Assembly: GCA_041891055.1 (NCBI GenBank)
Contig: CP169074.1
Coordinates: 1,664,001-1,728,000, forward strand
Reading direction: 5' to 3'
From: Halorutilales archaeon Cl-col2-1
Lineage (GTDB): Archaea > Halobacteriota > Halobacteria > Halobacteriales > Afararchaeaceae
DNA: 64,000 nt
Shown: piece by piece, positions 1 through 10,323 of the stretch
Position numbering within the stretch: the first letter of the stretch is position 1
Layout: the number at the start of each line of letters is the position of its first letter
Made by a program: the position numbers and the translations under genes
The notes under the pieces: generated by a model
Told to the model about the DNA's origin: nothing
Database searches by the model: none
What the model saw: only the letters and a program-made list of their open reading frames with translations

Positions 1-174
1 CGTGGCTATCTCACTTACGTCGATGTCGTTGGGATCGAATCCCTCCACGATAGTTACTTCCTTTCCGTATCTCCTCTCGTCGACTCTCACCGAGAGAGCC
101 TGTGACTCCTTTGCGACGTCCTCACATACACAGAGTTCGTCGGGTAATCCACAGGTTGGGCAGACCTCAGGCAT
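1..174 (-). CDS. SUI1/aIF1 (YciH-like) translation initiation factor, 5' part (runs off window)
   Basis: Manual translation from ATG at 174: [47 protein letters not shown], the archaeal SUI1 N-terminus. Confidence 0.9.
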   Translation of the reverse strand, partial: MPEVCPTCGLPDELCVCEDVAKESQALSVRVDERRYGKEVTIVEGFDPNDIDVSEIAT

Positions 175-182
175 TATCTACG

Positions 183-422
183 TTATACGGGTGCAGACAG
201 CGACTTGGCTTCTCTCGCTGTCTCCTTGAGCATGAGCACGTCGCCCTCACGCACGGGTCCCATCGCGTTACGCGTGAGTATACGACCCTTGTCGCTTCCC
301 TCTAGGACGCGCGCTTTGACCTGCATCGCCTCTCCGTGCATCCCTGTCTTACCTACTACCTCTATGACTTCCGCAGGAGTCGCGTCCTGGCTTTGCTGTG
401 ACTCTTCTCCTTCTGTGGACAT
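183..422 (-). CDS. rps28e: 30S ribosomal protein S28e
   Basis: [21 protein letters not shown]...[18 protein letters not shown] signature. Confidence 0.95.
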   Translation of the reverse strand: MSTEGEESQQSQDATPAEVIEVVGKTGMHGEAMQVKARVLEGSDKGRILTRNAMGPVREGDVLMLKETAREAKSLSAPV

Positions 423-483
423 TCTCGTGGGTACATAGTGAGAGGGGGGCGATAAGGGTTACGCTTACTAAGCCGTCCTAGTC

Positions 484-2013
484 TCAGACCAGAACCCCGA
501 GTATCCTCCTCGAAACCACGAGGAGAAGAGCCGTCGCCACGACTACCATCACGACGTCGAGGACTCCACCCGCGCGTAACATATGGCGTCTGTCGATGTA
601 GTCGGTTCCGAAGACTATCGCGTTCGGCGGGGTCGCGACGGGAAGCGCGAAGCCGTAGCTAGACGTCACGGCACCCGCGACAGCGAGAAGAACTGACGTC
701 TCGACGTCCCCGTAGACGCCGCCGAAGGTTATCAGAAGAGGCGCGAGTACGGCTGCCATAGCAGTGTTCGAGGCTAGTTCTCCGACGCCGACCGTGAAGA
801 CGGCGACGACGAGTACCACGACTACAAGTGAGGCTCCCTCTAGGGGTGAGAAGACTGAGTCGGCTATCCACTTGGTCGCGCCCGTGTCTGACAGCGAGCT
901 AGCTAGCGAGACTCCGCCGCCGAAGAGCACGAGAGTACCCCAGTCTATGTCTTCGATGTCTTCCCAGTCGACCGCGCCCGAGACCACGAGTGCGGGAACG
1001 GAGGCGAGACCCACTATTACGTAGTAGAGGGCACCCTCGGCTCCATGGGTTCCGAAGACGGTCAATCCGTCGCCGCCGAATACCGTCGTGTGCCACGTAG
1101 TCGGAACTACGCTTTCGAAGACGAATCCGAAGCCGCCTAGGAGCCAGAGGACTGCGGTCGCTCCGAAGACGTACGCTGTCCGGCGCGCCTCCGGAGTACC
1201 GAGACTCTCCTCCTCGGCTATGTAGCCGCGCGCCTTCTGTCTCGCGCCGCTGACGTCTTCGATCTCTGGAGGATACAGGACGTAGGTCAGTAGGAACCAG
1301 ACGATCGGGAGCGTCACGACCACCATCGGCAAGCCAATCGCAAGCCAGTCGACGAAGCTTATCTCGACGTCTAAGAGGCTGTCGAGGTACGCGACTGCTA
1401 TCGCGTTCGGCGGTGTTCCTATCAGACTCCCGACCCCGCCGACGCTCGCGGCATAAGCCGTCCCGAGAAGTGTCGCTACCTGGAGGTTCGAGTACTCGCC
1501 CTCGCCGCCCCTCTTACCGAGACCCTCTTCCCCGACGACCTCCTCGACAAGACCGACTCCTATCGGAACCATGACGGCTGTGGTCGCGGTGTTGGAGATC
1601 ACCATCGACAGTCCAGCAGTCGTGACCATGACTCCGAGAACTAGTCTCCTCGGAGACGACCCCGTCTTTGCGAGGACGTAGTAGGCTATCCATCTGTCGA
1701 TTCCGTGTCTCTGGAGAGCCTCCGCGAGCATGAAACCCGCGAGTATGAGGAATATAACCGGGTGGGAGAATCCGCTGAAGGAGTCGGCGACGTCGGGGTA
1801 GACTCCGAAGACTGTCAGGAGTATGGGTATCGAGAGCGCGGTAACCGGAAGCGGAACCGCTCCGGTGATCCAGAGGACTGCGGCGAATAAGGCGGTACCG
1901 ACTGCGTACCTCGCCTCGGCAGAGAGTCCCTCGGCACTGACGGGGTATCCACCCACGGCGACCGCCCCGATTAAGGCTGTGACGACGATCAGGTAGCTCG
2001 TTCTCGTATCCAT
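484..2013 (-). CDS. SLC13/DASS family sodium:dicarboxylate/sulfate symporter
   Basis: Multi-TM protein with SNTAT, GTPPN, SNTA and ATPPN motifs; likely start MDTRTSY at 2013 rather than the ORF-track start. Confidence 0.9.
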   Translation of the reverse strand: MDTRTSYLIVVTALIGAVAVGGYPVSAEGLSAEARYAVGTALFAAVLWITGAVPLPVTALSIPILLTVFGVYPDVADSFSGFSHPVIFLILAGFMLAEALQRHGIDRWIAYYVLAKTGSSPRRLVLGVMVTTAGLSMVISNTATTAVMVPIGVGLVEEVVGEEGLGKRGGEGEYSNLQVATLLGTAYAASVGGVGSLIGTPPNAIAVAYLDSLLDVEISFVDWLAIGLPMVVVTLPIVWFLLTYVLYPPEIEDVSGARQKARGYIAEEESLGTPEARRTAYVFGATAVLWLLGGFGFVFESVVPTTWHTTVFGGDGLTVFGTHGAEGALYYVIVGLASVPALVVSGAVDWEDIEDIDWGTLVLFGGGVSLASSLSDTGATKWIADSVFSPLEGASLVVVVLVVAVFTVGVGELASNTAMAAVLAPLLITFGGVYGDVETSVLLAVAGAVTSSYGFALPVATPPNAIVFGTDYIDRRHMLRAGGVLDVVMVVVATALLLVVSRRILGVLV

Positions 2014-2060
2014 ACTCTCCACTTCAGTTCTACACCGGTCTGAAGGGTTAAAAAGACCCG

Positions 2061-2879
2061 TTACGACAGAAGACGCGCGCCTTCGTCGTCTATCCCCGCC
2101 GTCTCGTCGAATACGTCTTCGCCGCCGACTCCGAAGACTGTCTCCCCGAGCATAGCCATGCTGGCTACTCCGCCTTCTTCCTCTATCTCCTCGACCTGTG
2201 TCTCGACCTCGTCGGTGACGAGACCAGTCTCGCGCGCGAACTCCCACGAAACCTCGATCAGACCCTCGACCGACGGGTTCCTCAGAACCTCGTCGAGAGC
2301 CTCCTCTCCCGCTTCGTTGATCCTCTCCATAGTCTCGTCGTCGCTCAGGACGTCGGAGGTGTCGAGGCCTCCGAGGACGGTATAGCCAATCTCTTCATCC
2401 TCGTCGTGGTCTATCTTCCCGAATGTCCCGAGCTCGGGAGCACCTTCTTCTACCCTCGTGACTATTCCCCCGAGAGACTGGGGGACTACGTCACCAAGTC
2501 CTGTCCCCGACTCGACGTCAGCGACGTGTGCGGCGGAGACCACCTGTTCACGTTCGAGTCCGAGACCGAAGACCTCGTTCGCGGCGAGTCCTGTCGCGAG
2601 TGCTGCCGCACCGCTCGCCCCGAATCCACAGCCGAGGGGGACGTCGGTCTCTATCTCGACTCGTGCGTCTACCGACATCATCTCCAAGACGCGCTCGACG
2701 GGCTCGAACTCAACTGTGTCGTCTTCGAGAACCACGACCGTCGAGTCTGCTTCCCCTACGTCGACTGTGACGCCGTCGTCTATGGCTATCCCCGCGCCCC
2801 TCGACCCGGTTTCGAGAGGGTCGTCGTGGACAGCCGACGAGAAGAAGCCGGTTATGTGTCCGGGCGCGAAGCCTCTCAT
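2061..2879 (-). CDS. Pantoate kinase (GHMP family)
   Basis: FAPGHITGFF, PLGCGFGASGA, GTGLGDV and SMAMLGETVF motifs. Confidence 0.9.
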   Translation of the reverse strand: MRGFAPGHITGFFSSAVHDDPLETGSRGAGIAIDDGVTVDVGEADSTVVVLEDDTVEFEPVERVLEMMSVDARVEIETDVPLGCGFGASGAAALATGLAANEVFGLGLEREQVVSAAHVADVESGTGLGDVVPQSLGGIVTRVEEGAPELGTFGKIDHDEDEEIGYTVLGGLDTSDVLSDDETMERINEAGEEALDEVLRNPSVEGLIEVSWEFARETGLVTDEVETQVEEIEEEGGVASMAMLGETVFGVGGEDVFDETAGIDDEGARLLS

Positions 2880-4168
2880 TAAGGCTGTAGTCTCTGACGG
2901 TCGCGCGGGAACAGAACCGCCTCACGTATGTTGTCGAGTCCGAGCATCGTCATTATGAGACGCTCAAGTCCGAGTCCCCATCCGGCGTGGGGAGGCATTC
3001 CGTAACGGAAGGCGTCGAGGTAGTAGTCGAAAGCCTCGGGTTCGAGCCCCTGTTCGGCGATCCCGTCTCTGAGACGGTCGTAACGGTGCTCACGCTGCGC
3101 GCCGCTCATCAGCTCCATCTCGGGATGCATCATGTCGAACGCCTTCGCGGTCTCGTCTTCCTCGTTCTCCTGTACGTAGAAGGGCTTTATCTCGGCGGGC
3201 CAGTCAGTGATGAAGTAATGTTCGCCTATCTCCTCGCCTATGGCGTGTTCCGCCTCGGTCGTGAGGTCGTCTCCCCATTCGAGATCCGCGCCGTTCGAGT
3301 TGGCTATGTTGAGACAGTCGTCGTAGGTGAGGTACTCGAAGGGCGTATCGGGAACTTCGAGGTCGACACCGAGTGCGTCTAACTCGTCGTCACACTCCTC
3401 GACGACCCTCTCGTACGCCGCGACTGTGACGTCCTGACAGATCTCCATCGCGTCTCTGTCGTCTATGAACGCGCTCTCGAAGTCGACGCTGGTCGCCTCG
3501 TTGAGATGGCGCGGTGTGTTGTGCTGTTCCGCCCTGAATATAGGACCTATCTCGAAGACGCGTTCGAGCCCCGAGCCCACCATCATCTGTTTGAAGAGCT
3601 GAGGCGACTGGTTGAGGAAAGCCTCGCGCTCGAAGTAGGTCATAGGGAAGAGGTCGGTACCGCCCTCGGTCGCCGTCGCGACTATCTTCGGCGTGTTTAT
3701 CTCGGTCGCTTGCTGTGTCTGGAACTCTTCCCTGAGCGCGTCGAGTATCTCGGCGCGTATCTCGAATATAGCCTTGACCTCGGGCTTCCTGAGGTCGAGG
3801 TAACGGTTGTCGAGCCTCGTCGGAAGCTCGGCGTCGACCTTTCCGCTCGGGTCGAGTGGAAGCTCGGGCTCCGCCTCGTTTAGTACGTCTACCGAGTCGG
3901 GGAGTATTTCGAGTCCCGTCGGAGCGCGTTCCTCCTCCTCGACGGTTCCGGTTACAGCGACTACCGACTCGCGGTTGAGCGACTTGCCCTTCTCTATGAC
4001 GTCCTCGTCGACGACCTCATCCTTGAGCTTTATCTGTATCTTGCCCGAGGTGTCACGTAGTATCACGAAGGCTATGCCCCCGAGGTCACGTACCTCGTGA
4101 ACCCAGCCCTTTACGGTGGTCTCCTCACCGGCTTCGAGGTCGCCGGCATAAGTTCTGTCTCGACTCAT
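2879..4168 (-). CDS. aspS: Aspartate--tRNA ligase (archaeal, likely non-discriminating)
   Basis: OB-fold N-terminus, [12 protein letters not shown] and [14 protein letters not shown] motifs. Confidence 0.97.
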   Translation of the reverse strand: MSRDRTYAGDLEAGEETTVKGWVHEVRDLGGIAFVILRDTSGKIQIKLKDEVVDEDVIEKGKSLNRESVVAVTGTVEEEERAPTGLEILPDSVDVLNEAEPELPLDPSGKVDAELPTRLDNRYLDLRKPEVKAIFEIRAEILDALREEFQTQQATEINTPKIVATATEGGTDLFPMTYFEREAFLNQSPQLFKQMMVGSGLERVFEIGPIFRAEQHNTPRHLNEATSVDFESAFIDDRDAMEICQDVTVAAYERVVEECDDELDALGVDLEVPDTPFEYLTYDDCLNIANSNGADLEWGDDLTTEAEHAIGEEIGEHYFITDWPAEIKPFYVQENEEDETAKAFDMMHPEMELMSGAQREHRYDRLRDGIAEQGLEPEAFDYYLDAFRYGMPPHAGWGLGLERLIMTMLGLDNIREAVLFPRDRQRLQP

Positions 4169-4175
4169 TTTTCAA

Positions 4176-5438
4176 CTAATCGTCCTCGCGCGTCCTTAAG
4201 TCAACCGACTTGGCGTGGGCTGGGAGTCCCTCCTCACGCGCGAGAGTGGTTATGGTGTCGGCGAGGCTACCCAGACCCTCCTTCGACAGCCTCTGAACTG
4301 TCACGCCTTTGACGAAGTCGTCTACGCTCAGACCTCCGTAGAGACGAGCGTATCCCGAGGTCGGAAGGACGTGATTCGTGCCCGTGGCGTAGTCGCCCGC
4401 GGCTACGGGCGTGTAGTTACCCAGGAAGACCGATCCGGCGTGTCTGACGCGGTCGAGGACTTCCTCGTCGTCCTCCGTGAATATAGAGAGATGTTCGGGA
4501 GCGTACTCACGCATCAGCTCGACGCAGTCGTCGAGGTCTCCGTAGAGAACCGAGGAGTCGTCTACTACTTGGCTCGCCGTCTCACCCCTCTCCATCTCGC
4601 CCATCTGTGTCTCGATCTCGTCCTCGATCTCGTCGGCGATACTTCGACTCGTCGCCACGGCTAAGACGCTCGCGTTCGGGTCGTGTTCTGCCTGTGCGAG
4701 CATGTCGGCGGCTACGAATTCGGGCTCGGCTGTCCCGTCTGCGACCACACCTATCTCGCTGGGTCCTGCGGGGAAGTCTATGAGGACATCACCCTGTACG
4801 AGTTCCTTCGCCGCCGTGACGTAGATATTTCCGGGTCCGACTATCTTGTCGACTCCCTCGACAGAGTCGGTGCCGTATGCCATCGCTCCCACAGCCTGCG
4901 CGCCGCCTATCTCGTATACCTCGTCCGCGCCTGCTACGCTCAGAGCGACGAGTGTAAGGGGCTCGGGACGCGGCGGCGTACACGCTATGACACGTTCTAC
5001 CCCCGCGACCTTAGCGGGTATCACTGTCATGAGTGCCGTAGACGGATACGCCGCGCCCCCACCGGGGACGTAGGCTCCTACGGAGTCGAGGGGAACGAAA
5101 CGTCTCCCGACCTCTATGCCCTCGTCGGTCTCTTCGGTGTAGTCATCGCGCACCTGTTTCGAGTGGAACTCCTCGATTCTACCAGCCGCTTCGTCTACGG
5201 CTTCGAGGACCCTGTCGTCGACCTCGTCGAACGCCGCCTCTATCCTACTTTCGTCCACACTGGGAGAGTCGAGATCGACGCCGTCGAACTTCGAGGTAAA
5301 CTCCTCGACTGCGGCGTCGCCTCTCTCTCTGACCTCCTTGAGTATGTCGCCGACGTCTGGCACGACACGGTCGGTCTCTGTAGACCTGTCGATAATCTCG
5401 TCCCTCTCGTCGGGACTCAGGTCGGATATCTGTCGCAT
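4176..5438 (-). CDS. hisD: Histidinol dehydrogenase
   Basis: GAYVPGG, GPGNIYV, AGPSE, QAEHD and GTNHVLPT motifs. Confidence 0.97.
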   Translation of the reverse strand: MRQISDLSPDERDEIIDRSTETDRVVPDVGDILKEVRERGDAAVEEFTSKFDGVDLDSPSVDESRIEAAFDEVDDRVLEAVDEAAGRIEEFHSKQVRDDYTEETDEGIEVGRRFVPLDSVGAYVPGGGAAYPSTALMTVIPAKVAGVERVIACTPPRPEPLTLVALSVAGADEVYEIGGAQAVGAMAYGTDSVEGVDKIVGPGNIYVTAAKELVQGDVLIDFPAGPSEIGVVADGTAEPEFVAADMLAQAEHDPNASVLAVATSRSIADEIEDEIETQMGEMERGETASQVVDDSSVLYGDLDDCVELMREYAPEHLSIFTEDDEEVLDRVRHAGSVFLGNYTPVAAGDYATGTNHVLPTSGYARLYGGLSVDDFVKGVTVQRLSKEGLGSLADTITTLAREEGLPAHAKSVDLRTREDD

Positions 5439-5531
5439 ACGTCCTAATCATCTCTCGTCTCCTAACGGCTTTCGGTGTTCTCACACTCTAAACCGAGAGC
5501 TTTTTATCCTGTTACTGTTTAACACGCGGGT

Positions 5532-5696
5532 ATGGACACAGGAATACTACTCTCAGGTGCCCCGAGCACAGGAAGCATAAAACCAGCCTTCGGACCCACG
5601 GGACAGATAGGAGTCTTACTCGGACTCATACTCGCTCTCGTAGTCCTGTCTTACATATTCTCGACCGTTGGGTACAAGAGACTCGACAGTAAGTAG
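5532..5696 (+). CDS. Small (54 aa) single-pass membrane protein, absent from ORF track
   Basis: MDTGILLSGAPSTGSIKPAFGPTGQIGVLLGLILALVVLSYIFSTVGYKRLDSK; TTTTTA box about 30 nt upstream. Confidence 0.6.
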   Translation: MDTGILLSGAPSTGSIKPAFGPTGQIGVLLGLILALVVLSYIFSTVGYKRLDSK

Positions 5697-5815
5697 CTCC
5701 TTTCTAACTTGATGTTTGTTAACCCTTGCCACGTTACTGTCTGGTATTTGTGACCCTAACCGTAATCGTTATTAAGTAATCAGTTCAAAAACAGTTAATC
5801 AAGAGGAAGAAAACT

Positions 5816-7084
5816 ATGGCAGACAAACCACACATGAACCTGGCCATCATAGGCCATGTCGACGCCGGAAAGTCGACGCTCGTAGGACGTCTCCTCTTTG
5901 AGACAGGAAACGTACCCGAGCACGTTATAGAACAGCACAAGGAAGAAGCAGAGGAGAAGGGCAAGGGCGGATTCGAGTTCGCCTACGTGATGGACAGCCT
6001 TGAAGAAGAGCGTGAGCGTGGTGTCACAATAGACATCGCTCACCAGGAGTTCGACACAGACGAGTACTACTTCACCATCATCGACGCTCCGGGACACCGC
6101 GACTTCGTCAAGAACATGATTACGGGCGCGTCTCAGGCTGACAACGCCGTACTCGTCGTCGACGTCGACGAGGGTGTACAGCCACAGACGAGGGAGCACG
6201 TCTTCCTCGCGCGCACACTCGGAATAGACGAGCTCGTCATCGCCATCAACAAGATGGACACAGTCGACTACGACGAGGGCGACTATGAAGCCGCGATCGA
6301 CGAGGTTGAGGAGCTTCTAGAGATGGTCAACTTCCCGACCTCCGATGTCGTCTTCACCCCCGTATCCGCCTTCGAGGGCGACAACATAGCCGAGCACTCC
6401 GACAACACGCCTTGGTTCGACGGTCCGACTCTCATAGAGGCACTCAACGACCTCAAGAAGCCCGAGGAGCCCGTAGACCTCCCGACGCGTATCCCGATAC
6501 AGGACGTCTATACTATCTCGGGTATAGGTACAGTCCCCGTCGGACGTATAGAGACGGGTATGCTCCACCCCGGGGACGATGTAGTCTTCGAGCCCTCCGG
6601 ATCTAGCGGAGAGGTCAAGTCGATAGAGATGCACCACGAGGAGGTCGACGAGGCAGGACCCGGAGACAACGTCGGTTTCAATGTACGTGGAATCGGACAG
6701 GAGGACACACGCCGCGGAGACGTCTGTGGACCCGTCGAAAACCCGCCTTCTGTTGCCGACACCTTCACGGCGCAGATAGTCGTGATGCAGCACCCGAGTG
6801 TCATCACAGAGGGATACACGCCTGTCTTCCACGCCCACACCGCACAGGTCGCGTGTACGATAGAGAGCCTCGACCAGAAGATCAATCCGTCGAGCGGAGA
6901 GGTTGAGGAAGAGAACCCCGACTTCATAAAGGCTGGTGACGCCGCTATGGTCACCGTCCGTCCCCAGAAGCCCCTGTGCCTCGAGCCTTCGAGCGAGATA
7001 CCTCAGCTCGGCTCGTTCGCCATCCGTGACATGGGACAGACGGTCGCAGCGGGTAAGGTCATAGAAGTCGAAGAGAGCGACTAG
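5816..7084 (+). CDS. tuf: Translation elongation factor EF-1 alpha
   Basis: [17 protein letters not shown] and NKMD GTPase motifs. Confidence 0.98.
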   Translation: MADKPHMNLAIIGHVDAGKSTLVGRLLFETGNVPEHVIEQHKEEAEEKGKGGFEFAYVMDSLEEERERGVTIDIAHQEFDTDEYYFTIIDAPGHRDFVKNMITGASQADNAVLVVDVDEGVQPQTREHVFLARTLGIDELVIAINKMDTVDYDEGDYEAAIDEVEELLEMVNFPTSDVVFTPVSAFEGDNIAEHSDNTPWFDGPTLIEALNDLKKPEEPVDLPTRIPIQDVYTISGIGTVPVGRIETGMLHPGDDVVFEPSGSSGEVKSIEMHHEEVDEAGPGDNVGFNVRGIGQEDTRRGDVCGPVENPPSVADTFTAQIVVMQHPSVITEGYTPVFHAHTAQVACTIESLDQKINPSSGEVEEENPDFIKAGDAAMVTVRPQKPLCLEPSSEIPQLGSFAIRDMGQTVAAGKVIEVEESD

Positions 7085-7096
7085 CTCTTAACGACT

Positions 7097-7405
7097 ATGC
7101 AGACTGCTCGCGTACGTCTTTCGGGAACTGAGCCCGACGACTTAGACCAGATTGCCGACGATGTGAAGGAGATAGCCGAGAGAACAGGTGTCAACTTCTC
7201 GGGACCTGTTCCTCTGCCGACGAAGGAACTCGAGATCCCCATACGTAAGAGCCCCGACGGTGAGGGCAACGCGACGTGGGAGCACTGGGAGATGCGCGTC
7301 CACAAACGTCTCATCGACGTCGACGCCGACGAGAGGACTCTCAGACAGCTCATGAGGATACAGGTTCCCGAGGATGTCTCGATCGAGATAGAGCTGGAGA
7401 GTTAA
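7097..7405 (+). CDS. rpsJ: 30S ribosomal protein S10
   Basis: [15 protein letters not shown] and [11 protein letters not shown] motifs; follows EF-1A. Confidence 0.97.
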   Translation: MQTARVRLSGTEPDDLDQIADDVKEIAERTGVNFSGPVPLPTKELEIPIRKSPDGEGNATWEHWEMRVHKRLIDVDADERTLRQLMRIQVPEDVSIEIELES

Positions 7406-7457
7406 ACCACAAGCCACAAAACATCTCTTAACTTATATAGAGTATAAAGTAGATAGA

Positions 7458-7529
7458 GGGCCGGTAGATCAGTGGTAGATCGCTTCCTTCGCAAGGAAGA
7501 GGCCCGGGGTTCAAATCCCCGCCGGTCCA
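7458..7529 (+). tRNA. tRNA-Ala (anticodon CGC); integration target
   Basis: GGGCCGG...CCGGTCC-A acceptor stem with G3:U70, anticodon arm CTTCC-TTCGCAA-GGAAG, GGTTCAAATCC T-loop. Confidence 0.95.
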
Positions 7530-7668
7530 AAACCTATGTTTTGGAGCATTCGAGAAACGTAGTTTCTCGATACGGTCCATACGAATTCTTACGGATTCCT
7601 CGGGAACACAAAACCACCATACAGCGACGGTTTTACCCCTCGCAAATACCTTCCCGTGAAAGTGAGTC
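7517..7668 (+). repeat. Left att direct repeat (tRNA 3' end + ~139 bp)
   Basis: CCCCGCCGGTCCAAAACCTATG...GTGAAAGTGAGTC matches 25644-25795 with 5 mismatches. Confidence 0.93.
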
Positions 7669-7724
7669 TGACTCGTCTCGGAACGGAGGTCTGCTCTTTC
7701 CGGCTTTTATTTTGAGGAACCGAG

Positions 7725-9710
7725 GTGGTCGGCTTGGGTGGTGAGTCTGTTGGGACTAACATAGAGGCTGACGAGAAGATATACTGTGAGGACTGTAGCC
7801 TACATATCGACGCCGAGATCTGGGAGACACACCTCAAAAACAGACATCCCAGAGAATACGATCCCGAGACGTTCGACCTCAACGACTACATAGACCGCAG
7901 TGGCGGAGACGGGGACAACGAAGAAGACGTCGACTCTGGGGCGCGCGCGACATGCCGTAGCTGCGGAGAGACCTTCGAGACCCTCCAGGAAAGAGACGAA
8001 CACGTAAGAGAAAGCCTGAGCTGTACTCTCGAAGAGGGACAGGAAGCGAGAACACCCGATTCTACAGACCTAATCGAGCCCATCACACACGGTCTCGAAG
8101 CAAAGACGGCGTTTGACCACGGAAGCTTAGACGCATACTTCGGTCTCGTCTCAGCGGTCTACGACCTCAGCGACGAGTACCCCGAGCATAAGTCAGAATC
8201 AGGGAAGAGCCAGACTATCGATGTCGACGGAGACATTAACTTCGAGGCTGTCGGTCGTGGGTTCGAGATTACGGCTATCAAGTACTGGTCGAGTCAGCTA
8301 GACCCGAGCAGTATCGGAAGGATAGACTACGACAGGGTCAACGAGTACTCGATACAGTGTACAGAGGTAGACGGACAGGCTGATATCTCTCTCGTGCTAC
8401 GACCAAGCTGGGAGAAGATGGAGTCTCTCGACGGCGAGAGTATAGTTCCCAACGCTGAGACACCTCGTGGTCTCCGTGTACAGATAAATTCGAGCTATCT
8501 CGAACCCGACGAAGTCCTCCCAGCGGCTCGGTCTGTAGCTAAAGCCGTCGACTTTAACTCCAAGTATCTCCAGAAAAAGGATATTCGAAGAGACCTCTCG
8601 ACGTGGACACAGATAGAGAGGCATGTCAGAATTAGGAGAGAGTACTCGGAGAGGATAGTCGGACACGACGGAAAGCTAACCGAGATCTCGAAGTTCTACG
8701 CGTCGAAAGACGAGAGCGTAGGAGAGTACAAATGGGACAATCAGGACGTTCTGGGGCGGATGACCCGTCTCAGTCTTGGTGAAGATGATCTCAGTGACAT
8801 GGTGGATGTCGCGTATCCCGCGAATATCAAATATTACCATCTCAAGAATCCGAGACACTCCGTCCGAGACGCTATTGACCAACCGAAGGTAGAGGTACAG
8901 ATCAAGGGCGACAGTATACCCTGGGAGAGGATCGACGAGGCTCGTGCAGACGCCGATACTATTCTCACGAATACCCTCCGTTGGTCGGGTATTCCGGTTA
9001 ATCCGACCTCTACGGTCTATGTTGACGACGACGAGTTTACCGTCTCTCGAATGGAGTCGGATGAGGTCGAGTTCTACGTCGACCCGTGTGAGGAGATCGA
9101 AGACGCTCAGGAGGAGACTGCGGTAGGAGTCGTCGGTGTTGCCGACGAGATAGAGTTGGAGGCTCTCGAAGAGATCGTAAACAGACACGGATCGGCTTCA
9201 GTCGGAGAAGTTGCGGAGGCTCTCGACAGATCCGTCAGAAGCGTGTATAGATACGTCTCAGACAGGCTTTCGGCAGTTGTCGACCTCGACCAGGGCGAGC
9301 TCTCGATAAGCTCAGACTACCTCTTCGACAGGTTAGACGACCTCTTGGAGAAGGGAGCCAGCGTCTCGTCCGACATAGCCCAGCAGCTACGCAGTGAAAG
9401 AGCCGCAGCCGCGTCTGACTCGGCGTTAGAACGTTTCGCTACTAGATGGGGTATAGAAGGCAATCTAAAGCGCGACGACGAACTCACGGTTCACCAGGAC
9501 AGGATGACGAGATCCGAGGCTAAGGAGCTTCTGCGATCCGCATACAGTGTCTTGGGAGCACGCCGCGGCTACGACGAGGTACTCAGTATTACGTTTAGAT
9601 TCGCGGACGATCCCGATGACTATCTTACATTCGGTAAGTACGGTGAGAGAACCCAGCTTGTGATTCAGAACGACGACTGCCGCATAACGTCAGAGCTGAG
9701 ACCGAGATAA
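7725..9710 (+). CDS. Putative replication protein of haloarchaeal integrative plasmid/virus type, with N-terminal Zn fingers and C-terminal HTH
   Basis: 661-aa acidic ORF; CEDC..H..H and CRSC..H motifs; HTH-like SVGEVAEALDRSVRSVYRY; first gene inside att. Rep role is inferred. Confidence 0.5.
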   Translation: MVGLGGESVGTNIEADEKIYCEDCSLHIDAEIWETHLKNRHPREYDPETFDLNDYIDRSGGDGDNEEDVDSGARATCRSCGETFETLQERDEHVRESLSCTLEEGQEARTPDSTDLIEPITHGLEAKTAFDHGSLDAYFGLVSAVYDLSDEYPEHKSESGKSQTIDVDGDINFEAVGRGFEITAIKYWSSQLDPSSIGRIDYDRVNEYSIQCTEVDGQADISLVLRPSWEKMESLDGESIVPNAETPRGLRVQINSSYLEPDEVLPAARSVAKAVDFNSKYLQKKDIRRDLSTWTQIERHVRIRREYSERIVGHDGKLTEISKFYASKDESVGEYKWDNQDVLGRMTRLSLGEDDLSDMVDVAYPANIKYYHLKNPRHSVRDAIDQPKVEVQIKGDSIPWERIDEARADADTILTNTLRWSGIPVNPTSTVYVDDDEFTVSRMESDEVEFYVDPCEEIEDAQEETAVGVVGVADEIELEALEEIVNRHGSASVGEVAEALDRSVRSVYRYVSDRLSAVVDLDQGELSISSDYLFDRLDDLLEKGASVSSDIAQQLRSERAAAASDSALERFATRWGIEGNLKRDDELTVHQDRMTRSEAKELLRSAYSVLGARRGYDEVLSITFRFADDPDDYLTFGKYGERTQLVIQNDDCRITSELRPR

Positions 9711-10155
9711 TCCGAGATCGGACAGCCTAAGCTTTACTCAGTTTATGTTTTATTTCTGATATATCCATCTAAGAAACGCCATAGGGCGGTATCTTACTGT
9801 TTTCAGCGACTATACCGCGCGACATGAGTAGCTTCTCGATCTTGTGTGTAACTACGTCTACAGAGCTATGCGACGTCTAGATGTTTCGCCAAAATCTGTC
9901 AATATCCCCTTATATGTGTGCGTAAGCGCGCAAAATCAAAACCCGCCGTAGCCTCTTTTTGTCTAAGTGATCCAGTTGATCCACGGGAAATGAGGGTAGT
10001 TAAAGTAGAGATCATACGCTATTTTAATCGGAGACTTGGGAATAACATACATAGGAACGGCTAAGGATTTATTGCTATCTATTGGAGTTCAAAGTTTGAA
10101 AATATATCGGGGGAAGTGAGAATGTATGTAGTTTAACACTCAGAAACTAGGGTAT

Positions 10156-10247
10156 GTACAAATCCTAATCTAAGGCATTATTACTTATTAGATTTGTATT
10201 ATGCTTGTACTATCCTATTTTCAATCCCAGTTAAGCCTTATTCCCTC
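10156..10247 (-). ncRNA. crRNA-like regulatory RNA (pseudo-repeat, 30-nt guide, pseudo-repeat), CreR/CreA-like
   Basis: 10218-10247 matches the array repeat 22/30; second degenerate repeat ~10156-10187; guide seed matches the cas6 promoter beside a CCT PAM. Confidence 0.75.
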
Positions 10248-10323
10248 ATTTCCATATTTCATCTTTCTGATATATATCATTTATCTTAATCAAATATATC
10301 AAATAGGATACATTTCACCTAAC

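Noticed and set aside
9960-10150. Possible CreT-like toxin RNA or mini-ORF near the regulatory unit
   Set aside because: Short ORFs exist, but no clear SD-AUG-tandem rare codon-hairpin pattern and no guide target in a second promoter
10301-10310. AAATAGGATA matching the first 7 nt of the cas6-side guide
   Set aside because: Flanked by AAA (handle-like, not a PAM), and pairing stops after 7 nt
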